From: Bdellovibrionales bacterium
Lineage (GTDB): Bacteria > Bdellovibrionota > Bdellovibrionia > Bdellovibrionales > UBA1609
NCBI GenBank assembly: GCA_965199825.1
Contig: OZ241329.1
Span: 2,400,001-2,464,000, forward strand
Direction: 5' to 3'
Length of the DNA: 64,000 nucleotides
The notes beneath the pieces are model-generated. The model made no database searches. It was not told where the DNA came from and saw only the letters and a program-made list of their open reading frames with translations. A program made the translations under genes and the position numbers. The number at the start of each line of letters is the position of its first letter. Positions within the stretch are counted from its first letter, which is position 1. Positions 1 through 9,274 of the stretch are shown piece by piece.

Positions 1-1
1 T

Positions 2-169
2 CGTATCGGAACACCGGCACTGACCACCCGCGGTATGAAAGAGTTAGAAATGAAAACTATCGCTGAGTGGATTGCCAAAGTGGTGCGCCATTCAAAAGAT
101 CAAAATGTACTCCAAAAAATTAAAAGAGATGTGCGTGAGTTGTGCGAGCAATTTCCTATTTATCAATAA
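2..169 (+). CDS. glyA: Serine hydroxymethyltransferase, 3' end (partial, starts before window)
   Basis: Frame 2 translates RIGTPALTTRGMKELEMKTIAEWI...LCEQFPIYQ*, the typical SHMT C-terminus. Confidence 0.92.
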   Translation, partial: RIGTPALTTRGMKELEMKTIAEWIAKVVRHSKDQNVLQKIKRDVRELCEQFPIYQ

Positions 170-633
170 TCTTTTTTATCGGTTGCGCGAGTAAGATTCA
201 GCAGCCTCTCCCTCCACCGCCACCACCTGTAAAATCGGAGAGTGGCTTTCGGATAATCTGGCCCGTGGAACATTTCCGAATGACTCGCGGATTTGATGTG
301 AGCAAAAAGCGCCCTCACCTCGGCCTTGATTTAGCGGGCGCAAAAAATTCGCCAATTTATGCGGCTCACGAAGGCACGGTTCTTTATGCAGGAAAAGGCT
401 ATAAAGGGTACGGCAAGGTCGTGATTCTTGAGGGCCCAAATTCTTTTGCCACTATCTATGGTCATATGACTCGCTTTCAAGTTCGTGCTGGGCAAAAGTT
501 AAAACAAGGACAAATCATTGGCGCAATGGGACGTACGGGACATGCAACCGGAGTTCATCTGCACTTTGAATTGCTTCGTGAAAAGACTCCGGTCGATCCA
601 CTCTTATTTCTTGATCAATCAAAACTTTATTGA
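142..633 (+). CDS. M23 family metallopeptidase, probable lipoprotein
   Basis: HxxxD (HLGLD), YGH and HLHFE motifs; lipobox-like FFIGC then a Pro-rich linker. Confidence 0.9.
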   Translation: MRAISYLSIIFFIGCASKIQQPLPPPPPPVKSESGFRIIWPVEHFRMTRGFDVSKKRPHLGLDLAGAKNSPIYAAHEGTVLYAGKGYKGYGKVVILEGPNSFATIYGHMTRFQVRAGQKLKQGQIIGAMGRTGHATGVHLHFELLREKTPVDPLLFLDQSKLY

Positions 634-651
634 TCTAAACTTTGACCTATT

Positions 652-1854
652 ATGGCAAAAAAAAATAAGACCCCTGATCTGTTTGACGACGAAATCATCG
701 AAACCCCCACCGACTTTGCACGCCTCTTAAACCAATCCTCGGCAATCAAAAAGCTTTCGGTTGGTGATTTGATTCGTGGAGAAATTTTATCGATGGGCAA
801 AGAAGCCGCATTTATTTCCACCCAAACTCCGGTTGATGGAATTTTACCGATTGCAGATTTGATCGATAGCAAAAAACAAAATCAGTTTAAAGTCGGCGAC
901 ATTATCGAGGCTCGAGTCATTCGTATCCGCGAAGGCGAGATTTTTTTAAAAAAATTAGGTTCAACTCAAGGGTCTGAAGATGTTGAAAGTCTCGAAGACG
1001 CGTTTGATATGGAACTTGCGGTGGAAGGAAAAGTCACCGAGGCCAACAAGGGCGGCTTTAAAGTTTTGCTTTTTGGTAAATCGGCATTTTGTCCAATGAG
1101 CCAAATGGATTCAAAACGGATTGATGATGTCGATCAGTATGTAGGCAAAAAGTTTTCATTTCAGATCACAAAGTTTGAGGCCAATGGACGAAACATTGTG
1201 GTCTCGCGCCGAAAGCTTTTAGATCAAGAACGTCAAGTTCATGAACAAGAGTTTATTGAAACCAAAATGCCTGGTGATATCTTGCGTGGCAAAATCAGTC
1301 GTCTTGAGCGCTTTGGAGCCTTTGTTGAATTTGAACATGGCGTTGAGGCTCTCATCCCAATTTCTGAATTGTCCTACAGCAGGGTCAATCATCCCCAAGA
1401 TGTTGTGCAAGTCGGCCAAGAGGTCGACGTTGCGCTCCTTAAAATTTCTGAAGACGAAAAAGGTTTGCGGATCGCAGTCTCTCTCAAAGGTGCCGGTGGC
1501 GAGAGCGACCCCTGGTCTCGTATCACCACTGACTATCCTGTTGGCAAAGTCGTCACGGGCGAGGTGGAGCGCAAAGAGGCTTATGGTTTGTTTGTGCGGA
1601 TTAGTCCTTATTTCACCGGTCTTTTGCCGCGTTCGAAATGGCGCGATCATTTAGAGGGTGCAAAATATGAAAGCCGTAAAAAAGGCGATTTGATCCAAGT
1701 CCAAATTGCCGAAATTTTGCTCGAGCAACACAAAATTAGTTTATCAGTACCTGATGATCAAGCCGATGAAAATTGGGTTCAGCATCAAAAAACCAATACG
1801 GTTGCCCAAGGCTTTGGGCAACTCAGTGATCTTTTAAAAAAATCTAAATTATAA
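652..1854 (+). CDS. S1 RNA-binding domain protein (short ribosomal protein S1-like)
   Basis: About four S1 repeats (FGAFVE..G.EALIPISELS; GGFKV..FG..AFCP.SQMD); 400 aa. Confidence 0.85.
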   Translation: MAKKNKTPDLFDDEIIETPTDFARLLNQSSAIKKLSVGDLIRGEILSMGKEAAFISTQTPVDGILPIADLIDSKKQNQFKVGDIIEARVIRIREGEIFLKKLGSTQGSEDVESLEDAFDMELAVEGKVTEANKGGFKVLLFGKSAFCPMSQMDSKRIDDVDQYVGKKFSFQITKFEANGRNIVVSRRKLLDQERQVHEQEFIETKMPGDILRGKISRLERFGAFVEFEHGVEALIPISELSYSRVNHPQDVVQVGQEVDVALLKISEDEKGLRIAVSLKGAGGESDPWSRITTDYPVGKVVTGEVERKEAYGLFVRISPYFTGLLPRSKWRDHLEGAKYESRKKGDLIQVQIAEILLEQHKISLSVPDDQADENWVQHQKTNTVAQGFGQLSDLLKKSKL

Positions 1855-4440
1855 TTGGCTTGAGACCTGATCTAAAATCTGCTGGGCGGTCAGTAAAGGC
1901 TTCCCGACTCCCTGGGCAAAGGTGGGCTTTCCCCCACCGCGGCCATCGAGTGATTTCATCAATTCCACCAAAATTTTATTGGCAGGAATTTGGGCACTTG
2001 GACTGTTGATCATCACTCCCAATTTATCCTGATCGGTAAAAATCAAAACACTCAAATCCGATTTTTCTTTTGCATGATGCTCATCAAGCAGTGTTCGGAG
2101 TTCTGCAGTTTCGCCAGAAGCCTCGATCAATAAGATAGATTTACCCGATTTGGTTTTTTGAGTTTTTTGTGATTGGATTTTGGCTTGAGCTTTGAGTTCT
2201 GGCGCCGATTTTTTTTCTTTTAGTTTTAAAATACTCTCTAATAGCTGCTGTGGCTTAGTATTCAAACTCACACAAGCTTCATGCAATGCCTCATTGCGCT
2301 CTTGCACAAATTGGATCGCCGCTTGGGCCGCCACTCCCTCAATGCGCCGTATTCCTTTGGCCACACTCGATTCGCTCAAAACAAAAAAGGCACCGATATC
2401 CCCTGTGGCATGAACGTGAGTGCCACCACAAAGTTCAAGCGATTTGTCGCCAAACGAAATCACCCGCACGGTATTTTCATATTTTTCTTCAAACATCGCG
2501 ATGGCACCCTCGGCAATGGCCGCTTTGATTTCCATTTCGCGAGTGTGCGAGGTGTAGTTGTCACGAATCCAATGATTGACCAAGCGTTCAATTTCTCGCA
2601 GTTGATCCGGCGTGACCGCAGAGTCATTTTGAAAATCAAAACGTAATCTGTCGCTTGTGACCATCGAGCCTTTTTGCACCGCCTGTGGACCCACAATTTT
2701 GCGCAAAGCCGCATGCAAAAGATGAGTCGCCGAGTGATGAGCGCGAATCTGAAGGCGGCGTTCGGCATTCACTACCAAATCGATTTTATCATTATTATGA
2801 AGGGTTCCGTTTTTGACCTGAACGTGATGAAAAAATCTTTTTTCACGCTTCAACACATCAAGCACTTCAAGCTCTGCAGTTTTAGAACGAATGACTCCAT
2901 GATCCCCCACTTGTCCGCCCGACTCGGCATAAAAAGGAGTGTTGGTGCAAACAAGATAGCCCTCTTCCCCTTTTTCAAGTTTGTCGGCGGTTGCGCCATC
3001 TTTAAAAAGGGCCATCACCTGAGAGGAAGACTCCAAAGCGTCATAGCCCTTAAAGTGGGTGGGTAAAAAATCTTTCATATGTTCATCAAAAACCGTAACG
3101 TCTGTTTTTGATTTCGCTTGCGGACCTGTTTTAATTTGTCGCGAGACATTGCGATGCTCATCAAAACGGGATTGAAAGCCTTCGTCGTCGATCAATACAT
3201 TTTTTTCTTTGGCTGCTTCTTTGATCAAATCAAAAGGCACGCCATACGTTGCAACCAAATCAAATATAAAATCTGAGGGAACTTTTTGATTCGATTTCAA
3301 AGTTGCGATTTTATCTTCGAGCATTTTTTTGCCTCGACTAATCAGGGGCTCATAATCTCGGACTTCGTTTTGAACCGCGGTCAAAACCCGGTCCAAATTT
3401 TTTGCCAAATGCGGATATGCTTTTTGATGATTTTTAACAATCAACTCGATCATCGATGAAAAATCGGTGGAGGGTGTATCTGCGCGTAAACCAAGAGTGA
3501 GACATTTGCGAAGCAACTTTCGCGGAATATAGCCACGGCCCTCATTCGACAATTTGACATTTTCGGCAAGGATAAATGTGGCCGCACGGAGATGGTCAGT
3601 CAAAATTCGATATTGCTCGACACCAAAGGACTTTGATCCAAATTGGTCTTGAGCCAAATTCATAATTGGATTGAGCGCGGCAATTTCATAAACAGATTTA
3701 AAACCGTTCATCACAAATTCCATACGTTCAAGCCCCGAGCCCGTATCCACACTTTTGAGTGGCAGTGGTAAAAAGCTGCCATCGGCATTTTTATTAAATT
3801 CCATAAAGACGCCGGCATTCCAAATTTCGATGTATCTGCCTTTAGAATCGAATTCTTTGCCTGGCTTATAAGCTTCGCCAAAGTTTTCTCCGGTATCGAA
3901 AAAAACTTCGGTGCATGGACCACATGGACCCGTATCGCCCGCAGGCCCCCAAAAATTGTCTGCACCTAAGACCACAATGTGATCATCTGGAACACCTACA
4001 CTTTTCCATGCGGTGATCGACTCTTTATCCGCCGCAAGCTTCAACTCCGAATCCCCGCCGTAGGCCGAAAAATAAAGTTTTTCTTTTGGAAATTTAAGAT
4101 GGTTCACCAGGAGATCATAAGCAAGCTCAGCCGCTTTTTGTTTATAGTAATCACCAATCGACCAACTGCCGAGCATTTCAAACATCGTCATATGATGACG
4201 ATCTCCAACATCATCAATATCGATGGTGCGAATACACGGCTGATAATTCACAAGACGTTTATTTGGTGGTTGCTCGAGCCCCAAAAAATATTTTTTTAAC
4301 GGCGCCATTCCAGAATTTATATACAAAAGCGTCGGGTCGTTTTTGGGAACAAGCGGAGCCCCAGGAATTACCAAATGATCTTTGGATTCAAAAAACTCCA
4401 AAAACCGAGAACGAATCTCTTCCCCATTCAATTTTTCCAT
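1849..4440 (-). CDS. alaS: Alanine--tRNA ligase
   Basis: DPTLLYINSGM, GPCGPCTE, DTGSGLER, editing-domain HSATHLLH and ELCGGTH, C-terminal GGGKP. Confidence 0.97.
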   Translation of the reverse strand: MEKLNGEEIRSRFLEFFESKDHLVIPGAPLVPKNDPTLLYINSGMAPLKKYFLGLEQPPNKRLVNYQPCIRTIDIDDVGDRHHMTMFEMLGSWSIGDYYKQKAAELAYDLLVNHLKFPKEKLYFSAYGGDSELKLAADKESITAWKSVGVPDDHIVVLGADNFWGPAGDTGPCGPCTEVFFDTGENFGEAYKPGKEFDSKGRYIEIWNAGVFMEFNKNADGSFLPLPLKSVDTGSGLERMEFVMNGFKSVYEIAALNPIMNLAQDQFGSKSFGVEQYRILTDHLRAATFILAENVKLSNEGRGYIPRKLLRKCLTLGLRADTPSTDFSSMIELIVKNHQKAYPHLAKNLDRVLTAVQNEVRDYEPLISRGKKMLEDKIATLKSNQKVPSDFIFDLVATYGVPFDLIKEAAKEKNVLIDDEGFQSRFDEHRNVSRQIKTGPQAKSKTDVTVFDEHMKDFLPTHFKGYDALESSSQVMALFKDGATADKLEKGEEGYLVCTNTPFYAESGGQVGDHGVIRSKTAELEVLDVLKREKRFFHHVQVKNGTLHNNDKIDLVVNAERRLQIRAHHSATHLLHAALRKIVGPQAVQKGSMVTSDRLRFDFQNDSAVTPDQLREIERLVNHWIRDNYTSHTREMEIKAAIAEGAIAMFEEKYENTVRVISFGDKSLELCGGTHVHATGDIGAFFVLSESSVAKGIRRIEGVAAQAAIQFVQERNEALHEACVSLNTKPQQLLESILKLKEKKSAPELKAQAKIQSQKTQKTKSGKSILLIEASGETAELRTLLDEHHAKEKSDLSVLIFTDQDKLGVMINSPSAQIPANKILVELMKSLDGRGGGKPTFAQGVGKPLLTAQQILDQVSSQL

Positions 4441-4549
4441 ATGGTCCTCCTTGTTTCTCTTTATCCTGATTTCTTAGGTTTGGGCATTGAAAAATTATGT
4501 TACTCGAACTTTTAGCGATTTGTACCTTCGTTCGCTCTCCCACCGAAGA

Positions 4550-4578
4550 ATTATGTAACGAAGCCCAAAGATGATCAA
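4550..4578 (-). promoter_or_regulatory. Putative sigma70 promoter for alaS
   Basis: Minus strand TTGATC-N17-CATAAT; a strong GGAGG SD precedes the alaS ATG. Confidence 0.45.
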
Positions 4579-4722
4579 AATAGCGCGTCCACAATTTTGG
4601 GGATTTGGTTCCGGTCAATTATTGGGACTTATGAATTGGACATGATTTTGTACCATCGTTCACATGATGGATTTTGAGCGGAAGCGGTTGTGGATCTAAA
4701 AGACGCCGCCCAAAAAATTAAA

Positions 4723-5529
4723 TCAGTTGCTCCATAACGGAGCTCGATCACCCTTGGGACCCAGAATCAAATAATCCCAAACCGGCCAAATTGGCAGCAT
4801 CTCGCCAGAATCCAACTTCATTTGCAAAAGAGATTTGATCTGTGGTGATGCAGAGTAAGTTGGCAACAGCGACAGGCGAGTGAGATCGCTTTTATGAAAA
4901 ACTGCGTTTGCTGCAACCAATGCATTCATAAGAGGATCCACCTCTTCATTGAGGGGCTGAGCTGTGAATGTGGTGACTATTTTTTTGTTTGGCAAAAGCG
5001 CATGGATAAACTGACTAAAAGCTCGCCAAGGCGGTTCAGTTTTTTGCTGATACATTGTATTGTCGTAGTGGATTGACCACGCGTGGTTGCTGCCCACATG
5101 AATCACCGCTCGATTGGATTTCGCAATACAGTTTGTAGCATTTAATGCCATCATGGGCTCACGATCGTAAAACATGTCAGCACGATCAATCATACTTTGG
5201 AGATCCATGCGGAATGCCCGCTTGATCGCATCAATAAGAATCCGCGGCATCTTGGCAAAGGTTGCCTGCCGCACCGATTTATCTGGCGAACTTTTAGCAT
5301 CAAGACCACACATCACAACTTTGGGATGAAGCAATTTTTGATTGCGTAGAAATCTAAAAAACTCTTTATTCAAATCATCTTTTAGCCAAACATATTTTGT
5401 TGCATCCATATCGGCAAAAAAGCTTGCCTCTGCCGGGCTGCCAGGAATTTCTGAGTCATCTGTGATAAATTTTTGAAACGGCGTTTCGAGTTCTTCAAGA
5501 ACATACTCAGTGGTGAATCCATCAATCAA
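4723..5529 (-). CDS. Hypothetical protein, possibly 5'-truncated; weak EreA/ChaN/TraB-like motifs
   Basis: 268-aa ORF with TTG start, no clear SD or signal peptide; YVLEE, CGLD and VIHVGSNH motifs. Confidence 0.5.
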   Translation of the reverse strand: MIDGFTTEYVLEELETPFQKFITDDSEIPGSPAEASFFADMDATKYVWLKDDLNKEFFRFLRNQKLLHPKVVMCGLDAKSSPDKSVRQATFAKMPRILIDAIKRAFRMDLQSMIDRADMFYDREPMMALNATNCIAKSNRAVIHVGSNHAWSIHYDNTMYQQKTEPPWRAFSQFIHALLPNKKIVTTFTAQPLNEEVDPLMNALVAANAVFHKSDLTRLSLLPTYSASPQIKSLLQMKLDSGEMLPIWPVWDYLILGPKGDRAPLWSN

Positions 5530-5748
5530 ATTAAGGCCAAAATAGGCTCAACACCGTCAAAGTTTTTGCCACCCTACGTACACTCAAACAATTTTTGTTC
5601 ATAAGCCATTAAGCAATGCACGATCTAAACCAAAATGCAGAGGGCATGAGTGTTTTTTGAAAGCAAAAGGAAGGGCCGATTTAAACACGGATTCTTGCAA
5701 ATTTCTTTAAGCCACATTCTTCGCTGAAACTCAATGGAACGAAGAAGT

Positions 5749-5776
5749 CTTTCGTAAAAGAAGGATTATGTAACAC
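5749..5776 (+). other. dif-like (XerC/XerD) site
   Basis: CTTTCGTAAAA-GAAGGA-TTATGTAACAC fits the 11-6-11 layout with a TTATGT right arm. Confidence 0.4.
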
Positions 5777-5848
5777 TTAAATCAACCATCCAAAATTGAT
5801 CACGCCGAATACGATACCTTCTTTCACATTAGAAATTTGGGGTAAAAA

Positions 5849-5925
5849 TGGTGGGCTCTACAGAACTCGAATCTGCGACCTCTTCCATGTCAAGGAAGCG
5901 CTCTAACCAACTGAGCTAAGAGCCC
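5849..5925 (-). tRNA. tRNA-Val(GAC)
   Basis: GGGCTCTTAGCTCAGTTGGTTAGAGCG CTTCC-TTGACAT-GGAAG AGGTCGCAGATTCGAGTTCTGTAGAGCCCACCA; cloverleaf with encoded CCA. Confidence 0.97.
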
Positions 5926-6593
5926 ACATGATGGGAAGCTGCAATAGCTATATGGCTCAGTGAGGGCGAGTCAAGCTTCCACCGATCACCTGCGTTTAAA
6001 ATCCACCGATCAAAAACCTGTTTGAGTGTGCAGGCGACGGCGTGATTCTTCATCGAATCCATTTTTTGCTGTTGCACCCCGCAGCTTCGAATATTGCCGA
6101 AGTCTTCAAGGTCATTGTGCACGTTGATCGAAAGACCGTGGCTGGTGACACCAGAACGAATTCTTAGCCCAAAGAATGCAACCTTTCCTTTGAGAGTAAA
6201 AAGGCCGGGCTCCTCACCCGAGGTCAAAGTGGAAATGCCAAAATCTTTTAAAGTCGATTGTGTGATCAAAATCATGTTGTGAACAAATTCGCGCGGGCCA
6301 ATTTTAAGTTGGTAAAGATCAAATAATGGATAGATCACCAACTGACCGGGGTGATGCAAAGTGGCCTCGCCCCCTCGATCGACACGAACAATTTGATAGC
6401 GAGGCAAAGGTTGAATCAAATCTTGGAGATCATTGCTCCGACGGCCCAGTGTGATGACCGGCTCAAATTCAAAACCTAAGATCGCCGGAATTGGGCTTTG
6501 ATCTTGAACTTTTAAACCAAAAGAATACTCACACCGACCAAAATACTTTGTGTGCATGGCCCCAGAAATACTCTTAAACCTAATACATTTCAA
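5916..6593 (-). CDS. lipB: Lipoyl(octanoyl) transferase
   Basis: PVITLGRR, DRGGEATLHHPGQLVIYP, KVAFFGL, HGLSINV and IRSCG motifs. Confidence 0.92.
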   Translation of the reverse strand: MKCIRFKSISGAMHTKYFGRCEYSFGLKVQDQSPIPAILGFEFEPVITLGRRSNDLQDLIQPLPRYQIVRVDRGGEATLHHPGQLVIYPLFDLYQLKIGPREFVHNMILITQSTLKDFGISTLTSGEEPGLFTLKGKVAFFGLRIRSGVTSHGLSINVHNDLEDFGNIRSCGVQQQKMDSMKNHAVACTLKQVFDRWILNAGDRWKLDSPSLSHIAIAASHHVGS

Positions 6594-7470
6594 CGCGGTC
6601 GTTTTCTTTAAATCCCGATCCAGAGTGTATCACCGCAATGGCGCCATCTTTACCAAAGTAGCTGATGACTTCGACAGTTCCCTTCATCCGGCCCGGGGCT
6701 TTGCCGATGAACTGACCATTCTGGGGATCATAAATTTCATCACCGTCTTCGGTAATTTTTAAAATGTCGCCAATCTCAAGACCCGAAAGCCTTCCCGCAT
6801 TCAAAAACAATCGCTCACCCGAAACCATGGCCACACGGCCTTCCCATTTGAGTTTTTCTAAGCTTTGGATCAAGCCCGAAAAAGTTTGGCTAAAGGCCTC
6901 TCGCAAAGAGTTTTTAACAACCACTGGGTCGTCGACCACGGGCTGATCACTCTCGCCCGCAACTTGGGTTGTAGCGTCCTCAATTTCTGCTGTGCGGGTT
7001 TGATTAAATAATTCTTTTCCATTTCGGGCCGAATACATCCGCATCCGAATGGTTGCAGACACCTTGGCTCTCACTTGTCGAAACAACCCGAGAGCATCAC
7101 GGTTTTTTCGAATTTTTATTTCTAGAATTTTACCCTCAATCACCGCAGAGGCTCCAAGAGGTGCGCTTGCCTTTGCCAAACTTTCCAAATCATATTCTTC
7201 TGTTTGGGTGAGATTTAGCTCTTGATGATTGAGCACAACCACTCGTCCTGAACGAGTTAATTCATTGATCACAAAACTTCGGGCCTCTTCGGTGATTGGG
7301 CCTGATCCTTTTTGACTAAGAAAAGGAAGAATCATCACGCGTTGTCTTAAAGCTTCGTCATCTCTTGCCGACATTGGCACATCAAGCCGCTGCGGCTGCC
7401 GGTCTTCTCTGTACTCAATAAGTCCGCAACCCAAATCAAAAAGCAAAAAACTGAACAAAATAAATTTCAT
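6580..7470 (-). CDS. Lipoprotein with CsgG/FlgT-middle-like and FlgT-C-like domains
   Basis: Lipobox LGC; VMILPF; C-terminal LFLNAGRLSGLEIGDIL...EIYDP..GQFIG. Confidence 0.6.
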   Translation of the reverse strand: MKFILFSFLLFDLGCGLIEYREDRQPQRLDVPMSARDDEALRQRVMILPFLSQKGSGPITEEARSFVINELTRSGRVVVLNHQELNLTQTEEYDLESLAKASAPLGASAVIEGKILEIKIRKNRDALGLFRQVRAKVSATIRMRMYSARNGKELFNQTRTAEIEDATTQVAGESDQPVVDDPVVVKNSLREAFSQTFSGLIQSLEKLKWEGRVAMVSGERLFLNAGRLSGLEIGDILKITEDGDEIYDPQNGQFIGKAPGRMKGTVEVISYFGKDGAIAVIHSGSGFKENDRVEMY

Positions 7471-7517
7471 TCAATAATGATAGAGCTCAGGTTTAGAAAT
7501 TGGAAGAGGGCAAAAGA

Positions 7518-8702
7518 TTAAAGTCGCTTGATATTAAAAATTAAACTGTCTGAGGTTTTGGTTTGAATCAGAAGTTTAAAATTTCCATAAGTTTTTTGTT
7601 CTAGGTCTTTGGCTAGCTGGTCAATCGGGCTTGAGGAATCAATTTCGAAGACCGCCTCGCCCGGTCCAAACCCGCGTTCTTTTAAAACTCGAACCTGTTT
7701 CAGACTGTCATTGACAGTTTTTTTAAAATTAACAATTTGGGAATAATCTAAATTTCCTTTGAGTGTGAGCTTAATGAGAGTTGCGCCAAAACTACCCGAG
7801 CGCCATGCTTCACTGAGTTGAGCCGAGAGGTCTGAGGCGACCGATGCCGAAACTTCATTTAATTTCTTTAACACCACCACGTTTTCCAAACCCGAATCGG
7901 TCTCAAAGCTGCGAACAACTTCACCAATCACGCGGCCATTGGCCGAATGGAGCGCTGTCAGTTTAAACTCAAGTCGAAAGGATTTGGGCTTATCTTTATT
8001 CTCTTCAATATTGAGCTCACCACGAATGACGATGGAGGCTTGAAAATACTCGGCCATCTGAAGGTAGGCATCCCCGACCGGAGATTCGGCATGCAGTCCA
8101 CTTGGCAAGAGGCGATCATAAAGACCGGTTGAGGGATTTAATCCAGCAAAGCCAACATTTTTTAATTCCTTATTGAGGCGATCAAAAAATATTCCACCCA
8201 TTTCTTTGAGATTTTGAACGTCGCGACTCTGAGTCCACCACCTATAAGCTTGTGAATGGGGATGATCGACAAAACCGATCACGGGCAAAATACGAGGCGG
8301 TCCTTCTGAGGTGCTAAGGAGTCCATCCTCGCGCAGTGTCGACTCTAAATTCTTGATCGAAACCTTCATTTCGACTGTCATACTGCTCTGTTGAGCCGAG
8401 TATTGGGCGTTTGATTCCTTCATGAATAAGATAAATTTTGCCGAATTTTTTGCTAATTTTGATTTGATCAGATTGGCGTTGTGTTCAAATTTTTGGGTTC
8501 CAATCAGCTCTTGGACATACTGGTTGGTGACCGTAGCGATTGCTTGATCCAGCATCTCTTGGCGCGCCTGAGCTTTATCTGGCTTTTGACTCGTCGCTTG
8601 AATCTTGGTTTCGATCAAAGATTCGGCAGCAAACAAAAATGAAGAATAAATAAAAATAGGAGCAATAATAGTAACTATAAAAATATTTATGAGACCAGCC
8701 AT
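7518..8702 (-). CDS. Exported hypothetical protein (FlgT-N-like start)
   Basis: 394-aa ORF, GGAGG SD, hydrophobic N-terminus, AQARQEMLDQAI segment. Confidence 0.65.
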   Translation of the reverse strand: MAGLINIFIVTIIAPIFIYSSFLFAAESLIETKIQATSQKPDKAQARQEMLDQAIATVTNQYVQELIGTQKFEHNANLIKSKLAKNSAKFILFMKESNAQYSAQQSSMTVEMKVSIKNLESTLREDGLLSTSEGPPRILPVIGFVDHPHSQAYRWWTQSRDVQNLKEMGGIFFDRLNKELKNVGFAGLNPSTGLYDRLLPSGLHAESPVGDAYLQMAEYFQASIVIRGELNIEENKDKPKSFRLEFKLTALHSANGRVIGEVVRSFETDSGLENVVVLKKLNEVSASVASDLSAQLSEAWRSGSFGATLIKLTLKGNLDYSQIVNFKKTVNDSLKQVRVLKERGFGPGEAVFEIDSSSPIDQLAKDLEQKTYGNFKLLIQTKTSDSLIFNIKRL

Positions 8703-8749
8703 CCTCCATCTATTGCATTTATTTTATGTTTCGTCTATGCCCTTATCCT

Positions 8750-9274
8750 ATGATTGAAACAAACAGAGATCCCGAAACTCTTCCAGAAGTCGCACCCACC
8801 GAGCTTTCAAAGCTTGCCGATCAAATCGGAAATTTTATGCATCATTGGGGTTTTAAAAAAATCCATGGTCGAATTTGGACTTATATTTATTTGTCTGAAA
8901 CACCATTGGATGCCGGAAGTTTGATGCGTGTTTTGAATGTCTCAAAAGCATTGATGAGTCTTTCCCTGCATGATCTTTTAAAACACAATGTCATCAAGGA
9001 AGCCGGAAAGAGCCCACGGGGAACCCAAGTTTTCTTGGCTAATCCGGATTTGGTTCAGGTGATTCTCGAAGTTCTTAAAACTCGCGAAATGACCATGCTC
9101 AATGATGTCGAAAACACATTTCAAAAATTTAAAACGCAAGGGCCTGCAGAAGGTCTACAGACTGAACGGATTGATAAATTGGGAGCCTTGATTCATGAGG
9201 CCAAAAGATCTCTTGAAGGTGTGCTTCAACTTTCTGCGGTTGATTTTCAGTCATGGGAAAATTCGTTAAACTAG
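8750..9274 (+). CDS. GbsR/MarR family transcriptional regulator
   Basis: WGFKKIHGRIWTYIYLSETPL...LNVSKALMSLSLHDL. Confidence 0.85.
   Translation: MIETNRDPETLPEVAPTELSKLADQIGNFMHHWGFKKIHGRIWTYIYLSETPLDAGSLMRVLNVSKALMSLSLHDLLKHNVIKEAGKSPRGTQVFLANPDLVQVILEVLKTREMTMLNDVENTFQKFKTQGPAEGLQTERIDKLGALIHEAKRSLEGVLQLSAVDFQSWENSLN

Noticed and set aside
4441..4720. T-box or attenuator upstream of alaS; 8-codon uORF MPKPKKSG (4461-4487)
   Set aside because: No T-box consensus is visible, and the uORF has no Ala codons or SD.
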